Assembly (NCBI GenBank): GCA_019828565.1
Contig: JAHDYR010000002.1
Span: 62,001-126,000 of the forward strand
DNA: 64,000 nt
Direction of reading: 5' to 3'
From: Carpediemonas membranifera BICM
Taxonomy: Eukaryota; Protista; Fornicata
The notes under the pieces were generated by a model, which did not search any database, had not been told where the DNA came from, and saw only the letters and a list, made by a program, of their open reading frames with translations. This document shows positions 44,901 to 58,248 of the stretch, piece after piece. How positions within the stretch are numbered: position 1 is the first letter of the stretch; the number at the start of each line of letters is the position of its first letter. Position numbers and translations under genes: made by a program.

Positions 44901-47900
44901 TGAGTTAGGATGCTAGGATACTCTAGCGGGTAGTACCCCAGCTCATTGTCGCAAGGGCGACGGGACGTGGGCGAGGCCGGCAATCGCCGGATGCCCGCGT
45001 CATTGGTCAAGATTGGTCGGCGCAGTTTATGCGGCCAGATGACGAACGATTCGCAGCCGGTGGCTGCGACGGCCGAGGAAGTGGCAGAACTGCGTACCAC
45101 GGTGCAGGAGATGCAGAAAGCTCAGGAGAGATCCACCAAGATCCTCGAGAGGATGGCCGCCGCAAGCGCCGAATCTGAAGCGGATTTCCACGAGGAACTG
45201 GCGTTTGAAGAAGATGAACAAGACCCCATCATGGCTTCCCTTTCATACATTGAGGCCATGACCGAGCTGCCGAAGAAGCGCCCTCTTCTGGAGGAGGCGA
45301 AGTTCCTTCGGAAGGTTCAAACGATCCTCACCTCTTCTACAGACACGAAACTCCTCAAGCGCCTTTCCCCCCTCCTCTCCGCCCGGCGTAGAGCTCTGAT
45401 GATGAAGGATGAAGATTACAACGACGTCACAGTCACCTACTTTCAGAACCAGGTATGGAAGGCCATCGCGGACAAAGGAACCCTCGACGAGTCCCAGATC
45501 GAGTCCTTCGAGCTCAAGTCTAAGATTCACGGAGCCAAGCGAAAGGGCGACAAGTTTCAGCCTCCGGGAGGCGGGGGCCGAGGCGGCAGCTCTCGCGGTC
45601 GCAACCGGCAGTCAAACTAACCGAGAACCACCTCTTCCCATCGATAACTGGCGACGTGTGGCGACTCTGGGAGCGCTTCGGCGCCTCAGAGCACGTCGTC
45701 AGCCTACTCAGAGACGGCGTTCCAATATCACTGACCGCGCCTCCGTCGGCGGCCGCACCACAGACGCGACTGGACCCACGTGTTCGGGCCAAGCTCCAAC
45801 AGCTGTTGAACGAGGGCATTCTCCGCAGAACGACCCTGCAGTCCCTCCGCCATTCGGCCCCGATCTTCATGCTGTCTGGAGGGGGTGTATGGGTGGCAGT
45901 ATACACCTACGGAACAGAGGGGCTCTGTCAAAAATGTCCGATTTAGAACGTCTTACTCTGGCACCATGTAGCCCCCTTCCTGATGCACCTTTGAGCACGT
46001 GCTTGGCCTGCGATAATTACTTGGCGTCCCGTAAAGCCCAAAAATTAATCAAATCGTCATCAAATGCGAATTAAAGATGCTGATATTGCTCATGAAACGA
46101 CTCTGCTGATCAGCTGGGACTCTACGCGGCGATATGGCATGGCAAGTCTCTACACTTTGGAGACAATTCGGTCCCATGGTTCCTACCTTGACCCACGTTG
46201 TCTCGCGCGCGCGAGGGACTCACTAAAAGGATATATCAACACTGGGAGCAGAAAAAAAGGCACGGCGAGATGCAGGCGCTGTTGCTGAGCTCATTTTCCG
46301 GATAAGACCCGTTTTTGTCACCTCAACCCATTCATATTGGCGGCTGTTGCTTCGTTTTTGATCAAATCAAATGGAAACCAAAACGAGATCCGGGAAACGA
46401 GGATGATTGGGAGAGATAGACACATCATAAGGTCTTTAATATAGTAATGCACCGTCAATGAGAAGTTCTTGGTTCCTGAAATGGATTATTGATCCCAAAC
46501 GCTTTTCTTTGAGGATAATGCACTTATAGCGGTGATTTCCACACAATTCATCCAAATACTGATCAAAACATCAGAACTGCAAGTAAAAATGGGTATAGAT
46601 CGTTTATCCACGGAGAAATCAATTGCTCCCAATCCCAGCTTGCAAGAAAAAAAGTTAAGGGGGCTGTATTGGGGCTTGCACTGATATCTCTATATATGCC
46701 GACACAGTCACTGGGCTGCCCATCACTGAACAGCTCTAGCCCAATACAAAAACATGAGGGCTCGAAGTTTTGGCCTTCTCGGAAAAGGGTGGCGGAACGC
46801 TGCAACACTACAATGCTAATGGACAGAGGGGAGGAAGTGGTCCACTGGTATGTCCTATGGGTCGCTTCTTCCCCTCTGTCCATTTTTACACGATATCGAT
46901 TTGCCGGATTTGACACATGTTGTGCGATCTTTAACTCCTCGCGTCCAACCACCTCTCCCAAACGATCTGCAAGATCGACCAGCCCTGGATCACTTGGGCC
47001 TGCCTCCGTGCCCGGCCTGTTGCGATCAATGATGGTGATTACTTGCAACGAACGCTATCACCGGAAATTACCTTACCTTACCTTACCTGCAGGTACCATG
47101 GGTGTTCGTTTTCGTCTCCAAACGCCATGGTGTAAGAGCATAAAGTGCATTTTCTGTTTACTGTGCCGTTGGGGATTGATGGCGCTGGCGTAGGGGTGCT
47201 GTGTGGGCGCCAGGGATGACGGCGCCAGGGATGAGACGCCAGGGATGAGGGAGCCAAGATGAGGGCGCCAGGGATGAGGCGCCAGGATGAGGGAGCCAAG
47301 ATGAGGGCGCCAGGGATGAGGCGCCAGGGATGACGGCGCCAGGATGAGGCGCCAGGGATGAGGGCGCCAGGATGAGGGAGCCAAGATGAGGGCGCCAGGG
47401 ATGAGAGCGCCAGGGATGAGGCGCCAGGGATGAGAGCGCCAGGATGAGGGAGCCAAGATGAGGGCGCCAGGGATGACGGCGCCAGGGATGACGGCGCCAG
47501 GATGAGGGAGCCAAGATGAGGGCGCCAGGGATGAGGCGCCAGGATGAGGGAGCCAAGATGAGGGCGCCAGGGATGAGGGCGCCAGGGATGAGGCGCCAGG
47601 GATGAGGCGCCAGGGATGACGGCGCCAGGGATGAGACGCCAGGGATGAGGGAGCCAAGATGAGGGCGCCAGGGATGAGGCGCCAGGATGAGGGAGCCAAG
47701 ATGAGGGCGCCAGGGATGAGGGCGCCAGGGATGAGGCGCCAGGGATGAGGCGCCAGGGATGAGGCGCCAGGATGAGGGAGCCAAGATGAGGGCGCCAGGG
47801 ATGAGGGCGCCAGGGATGAGGCGCCAGGATGAGGGAGCCAAGATGAGGGCGCCAGGATGAGGCGCCAGGGATGACGGCGCCAGGGATGACGGCGCCAGGA

Positions 47901-50610
47901 TGAGGCGCCAGGATGAGGGAGCCAAGATGAGGGCGCCAGGGATGAGGCGCCAGGGATGAGGCGCCAGGGATGAGGCGCCAGGGATGAGGCGCCAGGATGA
48001 GGGAGCCAAGATGAGGGCGCCAGGGATGAGGCGCCAGGGATGACGGCGCCAGGATGAGGGCGCCAGGGATGAGGGCGCCAGGGATGACGGCGCCAGGATG
48101 AGGGCGCCAGGATGAGGGAGCCAAGATGAGGGCGCCAGGGATGAGGCGCCAGGGATGAGGGCGCCAGGGATGAGGCGCCAGGGATGAGGGCGCCAGGGAT
48201 GAGGGCGCCAGGGATGAGGCGCCAGGGATGAGGCGCCAGGGATGAGGCGCCAGGATGAGGGCGCCAGGGATGAGGGCGCCAGGGATGAGGCGCCAGGGAT
48301 GAGGGAGCCAAGATGAGGGCGCCAGGGATGAGGCGCCAGGGATGAGGCGCCAGGGATGAGGCGCCAGGGATGAGGCGCCAGGGATGAGGGAGCCAAGATG
48401 AGGGCGCCAGGGATGAGGCGCCAGGGATGACGGCGCCAGGGATGAGGGCGCCAGGGATGAGGCGCCAGGGATGACGGCGCCAGGATGAGGCGCCAGGGAT
48501 GAGGGAGCCAAGATGAGGGCGCCAGGGATGAGGCGCCAGGGATGAGGCGCCAGGGATGAGGCGCCAGGGATGAGGCGCCAGGGATGACGGCGCCAGGGAT
48601 GACGGCGCCAGGATGAGGGCGCCAGGATGAGGCGCCAGGGATGACGGCGCCAGGGATGAGGCGCCAGGGATGAGGCGCCAGGGATGAGGCGCCAGGGATG
48701 AGGCGCCAGGGATGAGGCGCCAGGGATGAGGCGCCAGGGATGACGGCGCCAGGGATGAGGCGCCAGGGATGAGGGAGCCAAGATGAGGGCGCCAGGGATG
48801 AGGCGCCAGGGATGAGGCGCCAGGGATGAGGCGCCAGGGATGAGGCGCCAGGGATGACGGCGCCAGGATGAGGCGCCAGGGATGAGGCGCCAGGGATGAG
48901 GCGCCAGGGATGAGGCGCCAGGGATGAGGGCGCCAGGGATGAGGCGCCAGGGATGAGGCGCCAGGATGAGGCGCCAGGGATGAGGGCGCCAGGGATGAGG
49001 CGCCAGGATGAGGGCGCCAGGGATGAGGGCGCCAGGATGAGGCGCCAGGGATGAGGCGCCAGGGATGAGGCGCCAGGGATGAGGGCGCCAGGGATGAGGG
49101 CGCCAGGGATGAGGCGCCAGGGATGAGGGCGCCAGGGATGAGGCGCCAGGGATGAGGCGCCAGGGATGAGGCGCCAGGGATGAGGGAGCGCCAGGGATGA
49201 GGGCGCCAGGGATGAGGGCGCCAGGGATGAGGCGCCAGGGATGAGGCGCCAGGGATGAGGCGCCAGGGATGAGGGCGCCAGGATGAGGCGCCAGGGATGA
49301 GGGCGCCAGGGATGAGGCGCCAGGGATGAGGCGCCAGGATGAGGGCGCCAGGGATGAGGGCGCCAGGGATGAGGCGCCAGGGATGAGGCGCCAGGGATGA
49401 GGCGCCAGGGATGAGGCGCCAGGGATGAGGGAGCCAAGATGAGGGCGCCAGGGATGAGGCGCCAGGGATGAGGGCGCCAGGGATGAGGCGCCAGGGATGA
49501 GGCGCCAGGGATGAGGGAGCCAAGATGAGGGCGCCAGGGATGAGGCGCCAGGGATGAGGGCGCCAGGATGAGGCGCCAGGGATGACGGCGCCAGGGATGA
49601 GACGCCAGGGATGAGGGAGCCAAGATGAGGGCGCCAGGGATGAGGCGCCAGGGATGAGGCGCCAGGGATGAGGGCGCCAGGGATGAGGCGCCAGGGATGA
49701 GGCGCCAGGGATGAGGCGCCAGGGATGAGGCGCTAGGGATGAGGCGCCAGGGATGAGGCGCCAGGATGAGGGAGCCAAGATGAGGGCGCCAGGGATGAGG
49801 CGCCAGGGATGACGGCGCCAGGATGAGGCGCCAGGGATGACGGCGCCAGGATGAGGGCGCCAGGGATGAGGAGTACAGTATTTGAACCCCGAAAACGCCA
49901 TATTACCAGCACCAATGAGCTTCATCAACGAAGATGCGCTCACTGGTGCCGGTTATGGCGTTTTCGGGGTTCGTCGATCATTCTGCTCCCAAATCTGCAC
50001 CTGTATTTTCGTGAGCATGCCCGGGAGCTGGGCCAGACGAGTGGTGCCACAGGGACTAAGCTCCGCTGCTCAGCCTCTGCCAGGCGACACTCGTCTGAAT
50101 TCTGCACGAAAAAATTCAGACGACGAATGATGGGCAAAGGGCCGCGAAAACGCTGAAGTACCAGCGCAAGTAGAGCGGTTTGCAATAAAATAGCTTACTT
50201 GCGCTGGTGCTGGCGTTTTCGGGGCCCTGAATTGCCCCGGGCGCTCTCCCGGGCTTCTCTCTCCCGGGCTTCTCTCTCCCGCGCTCTTCTCCCCCGGGCG
50301 CTCTCCCGGGCTCCTCTCCCCCGGGCTCCTCTCTCCCGGGCGCTCTCCCGGGCTTCTCTCTCCCGGGCTTCTCTCTCCCGCGCTCTTCTCCCCCGGGCGC
50401 TCTCCCGGGCTCCTCTCTCCCGCGCTCTTCTCCCCCGGGCGCTCTCCCGGGCTCTCTCCCCGGGCGCTCTCCCGGGCTCCTCTCTCCGGGCTCCTCTCCC
50501 GCGCTCTTCTCCCCCGGGCGCTCTCCCGGGCTCCTCTCTCCCGGGCTCCTCTCTCCCGCGCTCTTCTCCCCCGGGCGCTCTCCCGGGCTCCTCTCTCCCG
50601 CGCTCTTCTC
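38959..50610 (+). repeat. Second copy of an ~11.1 kb tandem segmental duplication of 27822-38958
   Basis: At 38959 the sequence restarts at cactgtcaccgggctt (= 27822). It repeats the CHAT 3' part, PHD (39764-40986), small ORF (41009-41236), element 2 end (41507), Gypsy fragment, YR element A (YR stop 44460), gag B and the element 3 left arm. Confidence 0.95.
47205..49869 (+). repeat. GGCGCCAGGGATGA minisatellite (about 2.7 kb)
   Basis: Directly visible; a ~100-bp version lies at 56904-57002. Confidence 0.97.
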
Positions 50611-50700
50611 CCCCGGGCGCTCTCCCGGGCTCCTCTCCCCCGGGCTCCTCTCTCCCGGGCTCCTCTCTCCCGGGCTCCTCTCTCCCGGGCTCTATCCTCC
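50236..50700 (+). repeat. C/T-rich tandem repeat
   Basis: Directly visible. Confidence 0.95.
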
Positions 50701-51799
50701 GGGGCTCCTGTCCCCAGCGCTGTTTCCCAGGCGCTCTGCTCTCTCCAGCGTCCTCACTCGTAAATGTACGTTGCTGTCTTGTCTGCTTGATCTGATTTCA
50801 TTTAGTGTGCACTTTAGGGGATAGTTTCATTGCAACGCCAAAATGGCGAGTTCAGGTTGTAGCAATGATCTGATGCGCGGAATGTACTAGAAAACATTGC
50901 AATTACAACGCAAAGCAGCGAAAAGCGGAGAAATCAACATCAATAACAACATCAACACCAAAAAGAACAGTATCCCAAAGAATTGTGGGCGTTGCTGCGC
51001 CAAAGAGCAATAAATGACCACAAAGCATTCGCTTATGCACAATTAGCTGCCAGAAAGAACACTACACCGTTACTTTGGATCATCCCAGTTCGCCGGAGAT
51101 GACGCAGGTCCAGAACGCTGCCTTGGAGGGCTGGTGAAGCGGTTGTGTAGCGCTTACTCGCCTGGCCTTTGGGGCTCTCTCAACATCCTTCCAGACTACT
51201 GCATTGTCATTCACCGGAGGAGCAGGCCAGAGTCACTTGCCATCTGGCGCATCATGAGGAGATATTGGAATGTGATGATGTGTTTATTGACTAAATGAGC
51301 TGGAATTAGGCGAGTTTGATGTTGCTTACATGTTCTGTGGCATGCCTGATGTCCAAAGATGTATTTTGGCACAGTGATGTTGTTTAGTGTGCTCATTGCT
51401 GACCGCGTAGTTATCTGACTTCAATGTGTCGTGTTGGTGCCAAGAAATCGATGGTAGCTCGCACGTTTGAGGTAGTTGCTTGTTGCATCGATGCAACGCA
51501 CTTTAAGGATTAACCACCTGCACCCCATAGCCGTTTCCTAAGGCCAGATACGGTCCTCTGTAGCGTATATACACGCGTGAATTGGGACTAGATGGGACTA
51601 GATGCAGTGTTGTGGCATGCCCGGTCTAGCTGAATCCACAAATGTGGATCGGCTCGGGCTGCCGGTTGGATAGGTGGCCTGCTCTGGACTTATGGCTGGA
51701 GATACAGTTGGCAGGTAGTTGACTCGTACATGCTCATATGGACAACCGACGGCCATTTACTTCTGGTGCTTTTCCTGCTCTCTCTTCTTCATCAGGTCG

Positions 51800-53145
51800 T
51801 CATACTCGGCCCTCGTCAGCCCTCACAGTTGTCATCCCGGCATCACGGATGTGCTCAAAGGCCTCAATGGGCAGCTTCGGCATCCCGTCGTCGCTGTCGC
51901 TGCTGCTGCCCAAGTCTGACTCGCTCTCGTGATAGCGGCGAAGGCGAATGCGTCTGCTGGGCTCCCTGGTCTTCATAGAGTCATAGAGCGGAGCGAGCCC
52001 ACTTCCATTGGCCCCGCTACGGACACCCTCATCGGTATCTCTCTCAGACATATCACACTCAACCTGTTGTGACTGAACAAATGACAGGTTGTCGACGAGG
52101 CTATCCTCGGCATCGCTGTCTGAACTCTCCTCATCCTCCCACTCTCCTTCCAGCATCTCCAACCCGGCCTCATCGTCAGACTCGCCCTCCACCGCGGTCT
52201 CCGGCATCTCTGCCTCGCCAGCTGTCTCGTCAAACAGCGCCTCATCGTCAGACTCCCCCTCCCCCGTGTCGTCCCCCTCGGGCTTACGCTGGTCGTGGAG
52301 CTGGACCATCCTCATCCTGAGCTTTTTGTAAAGCCAGTCATCGAGCGTCGGCGGCACCAGGTCGGCAGAGCTTCGGATCTCCGGGTTGAGATCGAGGATC
52401 GTTGGGCGTCGCGTGGTCGTTAAGTGACTGGACGCCAACTGGCGCCTGAACTGCTCATCGGTCAGGCTGATGCGCTTGTCCTTAATGACCTTACGAACCT
52501 TGGTCGGATCCCTGGGCCTGCCCGTCCGTCTCTGTGTCTCAATCACCCGCTTCTTGAGCTGATTGAGATCGACATGCACAGTGGGCGCATAGCGAAGCTG
52601 GTTAACACTCAGCCCGACCGACTTGAGAGCCTGCGAGAAGGTGCTAGGCATCACAGCGGACATCGCGGATGGTGCCCCGGTGAATAGCAACCAGTCAGCG
52701 AGTTCCGGGGGAATCTGGAGCTCGCTCCATCAATATCGCGGGCTGATGTGGCAGTCATGCCTGTGTGGCTGATGATAAGAGCCAGCGCATTGTAGGGGAA
52801 GACTAGTCGGACAATAGCTTCCAATGCGACAGGCTCAAACTGCCCAAGCGGCTTGACATTGTCTCTGCCGGAGTTTCGGAATGAGTTGACGGCACTGAGA
52901 GTGACAGCAGCGGTTGCCTTGCTCAATGATGCAGCAAAACCGGGCACAAGCGATCTAACCTCCTCGGACCGGATCACGGAGAGCGCTTCGTCCTCGGTAC
53001 TCCCTCGCTCACGTTGTACGAATTGAACGAACCGCGAAAGGTTGCTTGCGGCCGCTTTCCGGGAAGATTTGTTGCTGATGGTGCACAACCAAGCATTCTT
53101 TACAGCTTCCATGGTTGTTTCCATCTCCTGCGGGCTTCCTTCCAT
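51800..53145 (-). CDS. Degenerate tyrosine-recombinase-like protein with acidic tail (frameshift near 52725)
   Basis: SRKAAASNLSRFVQF...TAAVTLSAVNSF resembles a core-binding domain; LIISHTGMT, IPPELADWLLF and GLSVNQLRYA are box I/II-like but lack the canonical R and H. Confidence 0.4.
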
Positions 53146-54381
53146 CGATATACGGATTTCAGACTTTCGTCATGCACAAAAATTCGAATCTCTCCAAATG
53201 CCCAAAACAGTGGTCAAACCGTGTTCAGGGGTACAAAAGAGTGCCATAGGCACGTTCTTGCATTTCAAAATATTCTAGAGGTCGTTCATAAATTCTCAGA
53301 TGGCCAACAGTACGAAAGTCTGAAATCCATTTATCATGAGACCCGACAAATTTGAAATCCATTTATCGGGTGGATACATCACTGTAGAGGGTATTCATGG
53401 ATATAGGTGCCTTTTCGGTGCCGAGGGGAGTCAACATTTGAGGTCGTGCAGGCAGAAAGTCTGAAATCCGTATATCTCATCACTGCTTATAGATCCTGGC
53501 AGACAACGCCTTCCTGGCGACGTCTGGGGTGTAAGGATTCGCTTGCCTCTGTGTTGTCGCATCAGCTTCGCTGAAAACGGGTGAACTGACCCGCGCATTC
53601 GCGCACTTTATGCTCGCAACGAGACCGAAATGACGAACTGAAGAATAGGAAGAATACTGGCGGCTTTAACGTAGTAGGCATGTGCACAACACTAAGAAAC
53701 ATCAGTAAGCGGGCGCAGAGCATCATTAAAGCAACAATAATCCCTAAACAACATCAATCATCATAAGTCCATCAGGACCATACGATATGAACAATAAATG
53801 AACCACAGAGCAGTATAGATGATTTGAGAGTACCAGGCATGGCCAGAATACCGCAATTATCGTCCGTTCATCCACGTGACCTCCATCTTGGTCGGTATCC
53901 AGAGAACGCCCGTCAGACGCTTGCAACGGAACATTTAGGGGGTGCATCCTAAATGGGTCCAGATTTGAGGGACCCTTGGTCTGACATGCCATGACCGAGC
54001 ACTCTAGGGGCCTCCACAGTGCGTCCCGAGGTACGTTAGAGCACCACAGACCTTCCCCCAAAAGCTGACTCCTGGACCCCTTGGCCGGAGCTCGCCCGAA
54101 GCGTGCCTCGGCTTGAACTAACGGCAAGAGAGCATAAAATCAGCCCTTTCGAACCGTGTTTTATGCTCTGCTGCCGTTATAGAATTATTCAAAGGGCCCT
54201 CTCTTTGCGCTTTTTTTCTGGTTCGTGGGACGAAGTAGGGACGGACAAAAAAAGCACATACGGAAGGTATTGGAGGTACTGAGGCCGCCTAGGTACATAG
54301 TTGCCGTGTGGATGGTTTCAGTTTATTACTTTTGGCACTCTATGTCCATTTTTTTATGCTCTCTTGCTGATAGTGCCGAAC

Positions 54382-56133
54382 ATGGACTTGCTAAAGTGGA
54401 TTGAGAGCGCTAGCAAGGAACAGTACGATGCGATATTGGCTGCATACACCAAGGCAACCACCAATCATGCCAAATGTGCTGTCCTTCGCGCGGTTTTGCT
54501 GGATGAACGGAAACTGCTCGATCTAGTGATCAGGAAGCGTTTGTAGTCATAGCAATGCTTATATAGGAATCAACCTGAACCATATCACCACGAAATTCCG
54601 CCTCACGAAGGACGAGAAGGAGGAGCTCCAGGATAAGTTGAAGAAGCAGTTTATGGCACTCGCCGGACCAAGAAGTTCCAAGAAGCTCGGCGCGCTGGCG
54701 AAGTGGGTTGACGACAACCAGGCTGATATCGTGTATAGCCAGGAGAAGCGCAAGGCGCGTAAGGCCATTATTGAGGCCATTGACGCCGAGGAGAAGGACA
54801 AGGGCAAGGGCAAGGCCGAGAGCGCTAAGAAAGAACCCGTCGACGATGAGAGTGGCGTGGACAGTGGTGAAGAGAGCGGCGTCGACGATTCTGAGTTGTG
54901 CGACAGTGAGAGTGAGGTGGACTTTGACAACGAGTCCGACGATGAGATTAGAGAACGCGCGATCAAGCGCCGGCGCGAGAGAAAGATCGCCCAGAAGCTC
55001 AAGGAGTGGGAGGACAATAACGCTCGCAACTACGTCCTGTGGCATAGAGTCCAGAAGGAGGTGCACGGCGAGCTTCGCATTCGCGCCTCTCGAGAGTCAG
55101 CTTCGGTTGCTGGGGACAACCACGTCGACGTCCAGTTCGACAGATACCTTCGCGTATCCAAGCTGCTCGAAATGAAGGACTGGATTCACAAAGACCTCCC
55201 ATCTCTTCCGATGGAGGCACGAGTGCTCCATCACAAGGCGCAGAAGAGAGTACTCGAGCTGGAGGAGGCCGTCACGAGGCTGCTGCAAGACGTGGGGTAC
55301 GCAGCTGACATCTCCATGGGTGCCAGCCCGACACCCGCGCCGTTTCGCCGCGACCTACCCCAGTCGGGCACACACCAAGCACGAACGAGTACCCCCGCCG
55401 TACGGGAAAGAGCGACACAATCCACATGAAGCGCAAGGCCCTCATGACAATCCCTCAGAAGATCGCTGATGTCGATAGCAACTCAGAGGAGTCAGACGAG
55501 GAGGAGATGGTGACAGAGGAGAAGAAGCGCGAGGCACACGAGGAGGTGGTGACAGAGGAGAGGAAGGGTGAGTCACATGAGGAGGACGTGACCAAATGCG
55601 ACGCCTGCATCCAGACTGAGCCGGAGACTCAGACTCGCATCACCTCTGAGGCCGCGGTGCAGACGTGCATCAACGCGGAGGCTCTCACGGCTGGCTGTAC
55701 CGCGATTCATGTCAAGAGTGACGGCAACTGCGTTGCATATTGTCTCCAAGCCATTGAGTTGGGTGGCAGAGTTGATGGCGACTTCGAAAGGTGGCAGCGT
55801 GGCCTCTGCCAGTCAGTGAAGGCCAAGTACTGGTCTAAGAAGAATTTCACGGAGCGTAGCCTGACAGATCCGGACTCCGGCTACTATAACTCGAACGCCA
55901 TCCGAGTCTGGGCGAGGAAACAGAAGCGGAACATCCTTGTTGTCCAGTCATACGACGGATACAACGGCATGCAAGGCATCTCCGCCATCTTATACCTGTT
56001 TGATGGCACCACCATGCTTGCACCCGATGCAGACTTGTGGGGGTTGACAGATAATTTCGCTATTGTCATCGAAGGCGATCCGGCTCACGCCACGCTGTAC
56101 CAGAAGAAGTGCGAGGTCGTTGAGATTGAATAA
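54382..56133 (+). CDS. Cargo ORF cluster ending in an OTU-like protease (55426-56133)
   Basis: VDVQFDR is shared with ORF 15947; KC.VLR..LL...K.L is shared with ORF 15470; VKSDGNCVAYCL...PAHATLY. May be 1-3 genes. Confidence 0.68.
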
Positions 56134-56248
56134 AGATTTGGATATGCCCGTGTAGCCAGCGGTTCATGACCTGCAGCAGACATTTGGACGTACAGCGGGA
56201 TACCACATCAATTAGGTCACTTGCGGGCTAAGATTGTCGTTGTCGATC

Positions 56249-57289
56249 GTCATTCACCGGAGGAGCAGGCCAGAGTCACTTGCCATCTGGCGCATCATGA
56301 GGAGATATTGGAATGTGATGATGTGTTTATTGACTAAATGAGCTGGAATTAGGCGAGTTTGATGTTGCTTACATGTTCTGTGGCATGCCTGATGTCCAAA
56401 GATGTATTTTGGCACAGTGATGTTGTTTAGTGTGCTCATTGCTGACCGCGTAGTTATCTGACTTCAATGTGTCGTGTTGGTGCCAAGAAATCGATGGTAG
56501 CTCGCACGTTTGAGGTAGTTGCTTGTTGCATCGATGCAACGCACTTTAAGGATTAACCACCTGCACCCCATAGCCGTTTCCTAAGGCCAGATACGGTCCT
56601 CTGTAGCGTATATACACGCGTGAATTGGGACTAGATGGGACTAGATGCAGTGTTGTGGCATGATCTGCAAGATCGACCAGCCCCTGGATCACTTGGGCCT
56701 GCCTCCGTGCCCGGCCTGTTGCGATCAATGATGGTGATTACTTGCAACGAACGCGATCACCGGAAATTACCTTACCTTACCTTACCTGCAGGTACCATGG
56801 GTGTTCGTTTTCGTCTCCAAACGCCATGGTGTAAGAGCATAAAGTGCATTTTCTGTTTACTGTGCCGTTGGGGATTGATGGCGCTGGCGTAGGGGTGCTG
56901 TGTGGGCGCCAGGGATGAGACGCCAGGGATGAGGGCGCCAGGATGAGGCGCCAGGGATGAGACGCCAGGGATGAGGGCGCCAGGATGAGGCGCCAGGGAT
57001 GAGGAGTACAGTATTTGAACCCCGAAAACGCCATATTACCAGCACCAATGAGCTTCATCAACGAAGATGCGCTCACTGGTGCCGGTTATGGCGTTTTCGG
57101 GGTTCGTCGATCATTCTGCTCCCAAATCTGCACCTGTATTTTCGTGAGCATGCCCGGGAGCTGGGCCAGACGAGTGGTGCCACAGGGACTAAGCTCCGCT
57201 GCTCAGCCTCTGCCAGGCGACACTCGTCTGAATTCTGCACGAAAAAATTCAGACGACGAATGATGGGCAAAGGGCCGCGAAAACGCTGA
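56249..57289 (+). repeat. Internal duplications in element 3: copy of 51206-51619 joined to a copy of 46964-50155 with a collapsed satellite
   Basis: Near-identical sequence by eye. Confidence 0.9.
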
Positions 57290-58011
57290 TATCAGTCTCA
57301 CACCCTCCCTTCATGCGTATAGTCTGCTTCTCAGCGTTTGAACAGAGCTCACAGACGGTGAACGTCTTGTCATTGTTGTTCTTGTCCTTGCGAGTGACCG
57401 TCGAAAAGCTATCATCCTCTGTGTCGGAACTAGCCCCGCGACACCTCACAGATTCTGTGGACGAACCTGTGGCAGAAGTCGCACTCTAAGACAGTTTCGT
57501 CTGTTCTACCGTCAACGAAGAAGAGGCCACGTAAGTCTGCGCAGTAAGGGCAACACTTGCGGAGGCTGTTCTTCCACATCTTGGCAGTGCTGCCCATGAA
57601 GTATTCCGCGTCGGAAGCGCCTGGGTTCGTGTTCCTAAACTGCTCAGTCATGTGGTTCATGGCCTCAATCATCTCAGCGACGTTGGCACCGTTGACTGAC
57701 GAAGCTTGCATTGCACGCGTGGAGTCAACGGACATAGTGGGCTGCTCAGCGGTCTGAACAGTGGGGTGGGGGGTGGGGACGGCAGGATTGCGGCGCGGCT
57801 GGCACACCCGGAAGGCTCTTTGGGAGCTGTCGAGCTTGGAATTTCGCAAATGATCAATTTCAGCGTCAGTGAGGGTTACAAGCTGGCTGAGTCCGGCTAT
57901 CAATGCGGCACGCCCTGTATCTGTCGCGTGAATTCCTTGGTAGATGCCCTTCGTGTTAGGAGAGAGTTTGCGGCCAGCAAGGTTCTCGATAGCCTTGGGT
58001 ACTGACCTCAT
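57290..58011 (-). pseudogene. PHD-finger protein (element 3), frameshifted and 3' truncated
   Basis: CPYC...CDFCHRFVHRIC, continuing in another frame with VCELC; same position as the PHD genes of elements 1 and 2. Confidence 0.65.
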
Positions 58012-58248
58012 GAAGTCCTACTTGCGCGGCATGCGCTCTAGAATAGTTTTTGGGAGGATTGCAAGGATTGCATCCGCGATGGAGCGACAATCGCATTTCG
58101 TGCTTCTCTCTTCCCAACGATAGCATGTTGCGATGATTGTGTGCACAATATCACGCACAGTATCTCTTGAAAGCCGCTCCTGGTCTTCTACCATACTGCC
58201 CCCCTTTTGTGGGGGTGTAAAAAAACTGAGTGCAGTTTTAAGTTGGAA

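Noticed and set aside
45868-45871. CATG as a 4-bp TSD of element 3
   Set aside because: Treating CATG as part of the TIR with TSD TT restores the canonical RT motif PIFPVSK and matches the CATRCTGT ends of elements 1 and 2.
35933-49943. Very long minus-strand ORFs (570-960 aa, APHPWRLIPGASSL repeats)
   Set aside because: They are translations of a minisatellite that lacks stops in all three minus frames, and unit lengths of 13-15 bp do not preserve frame.
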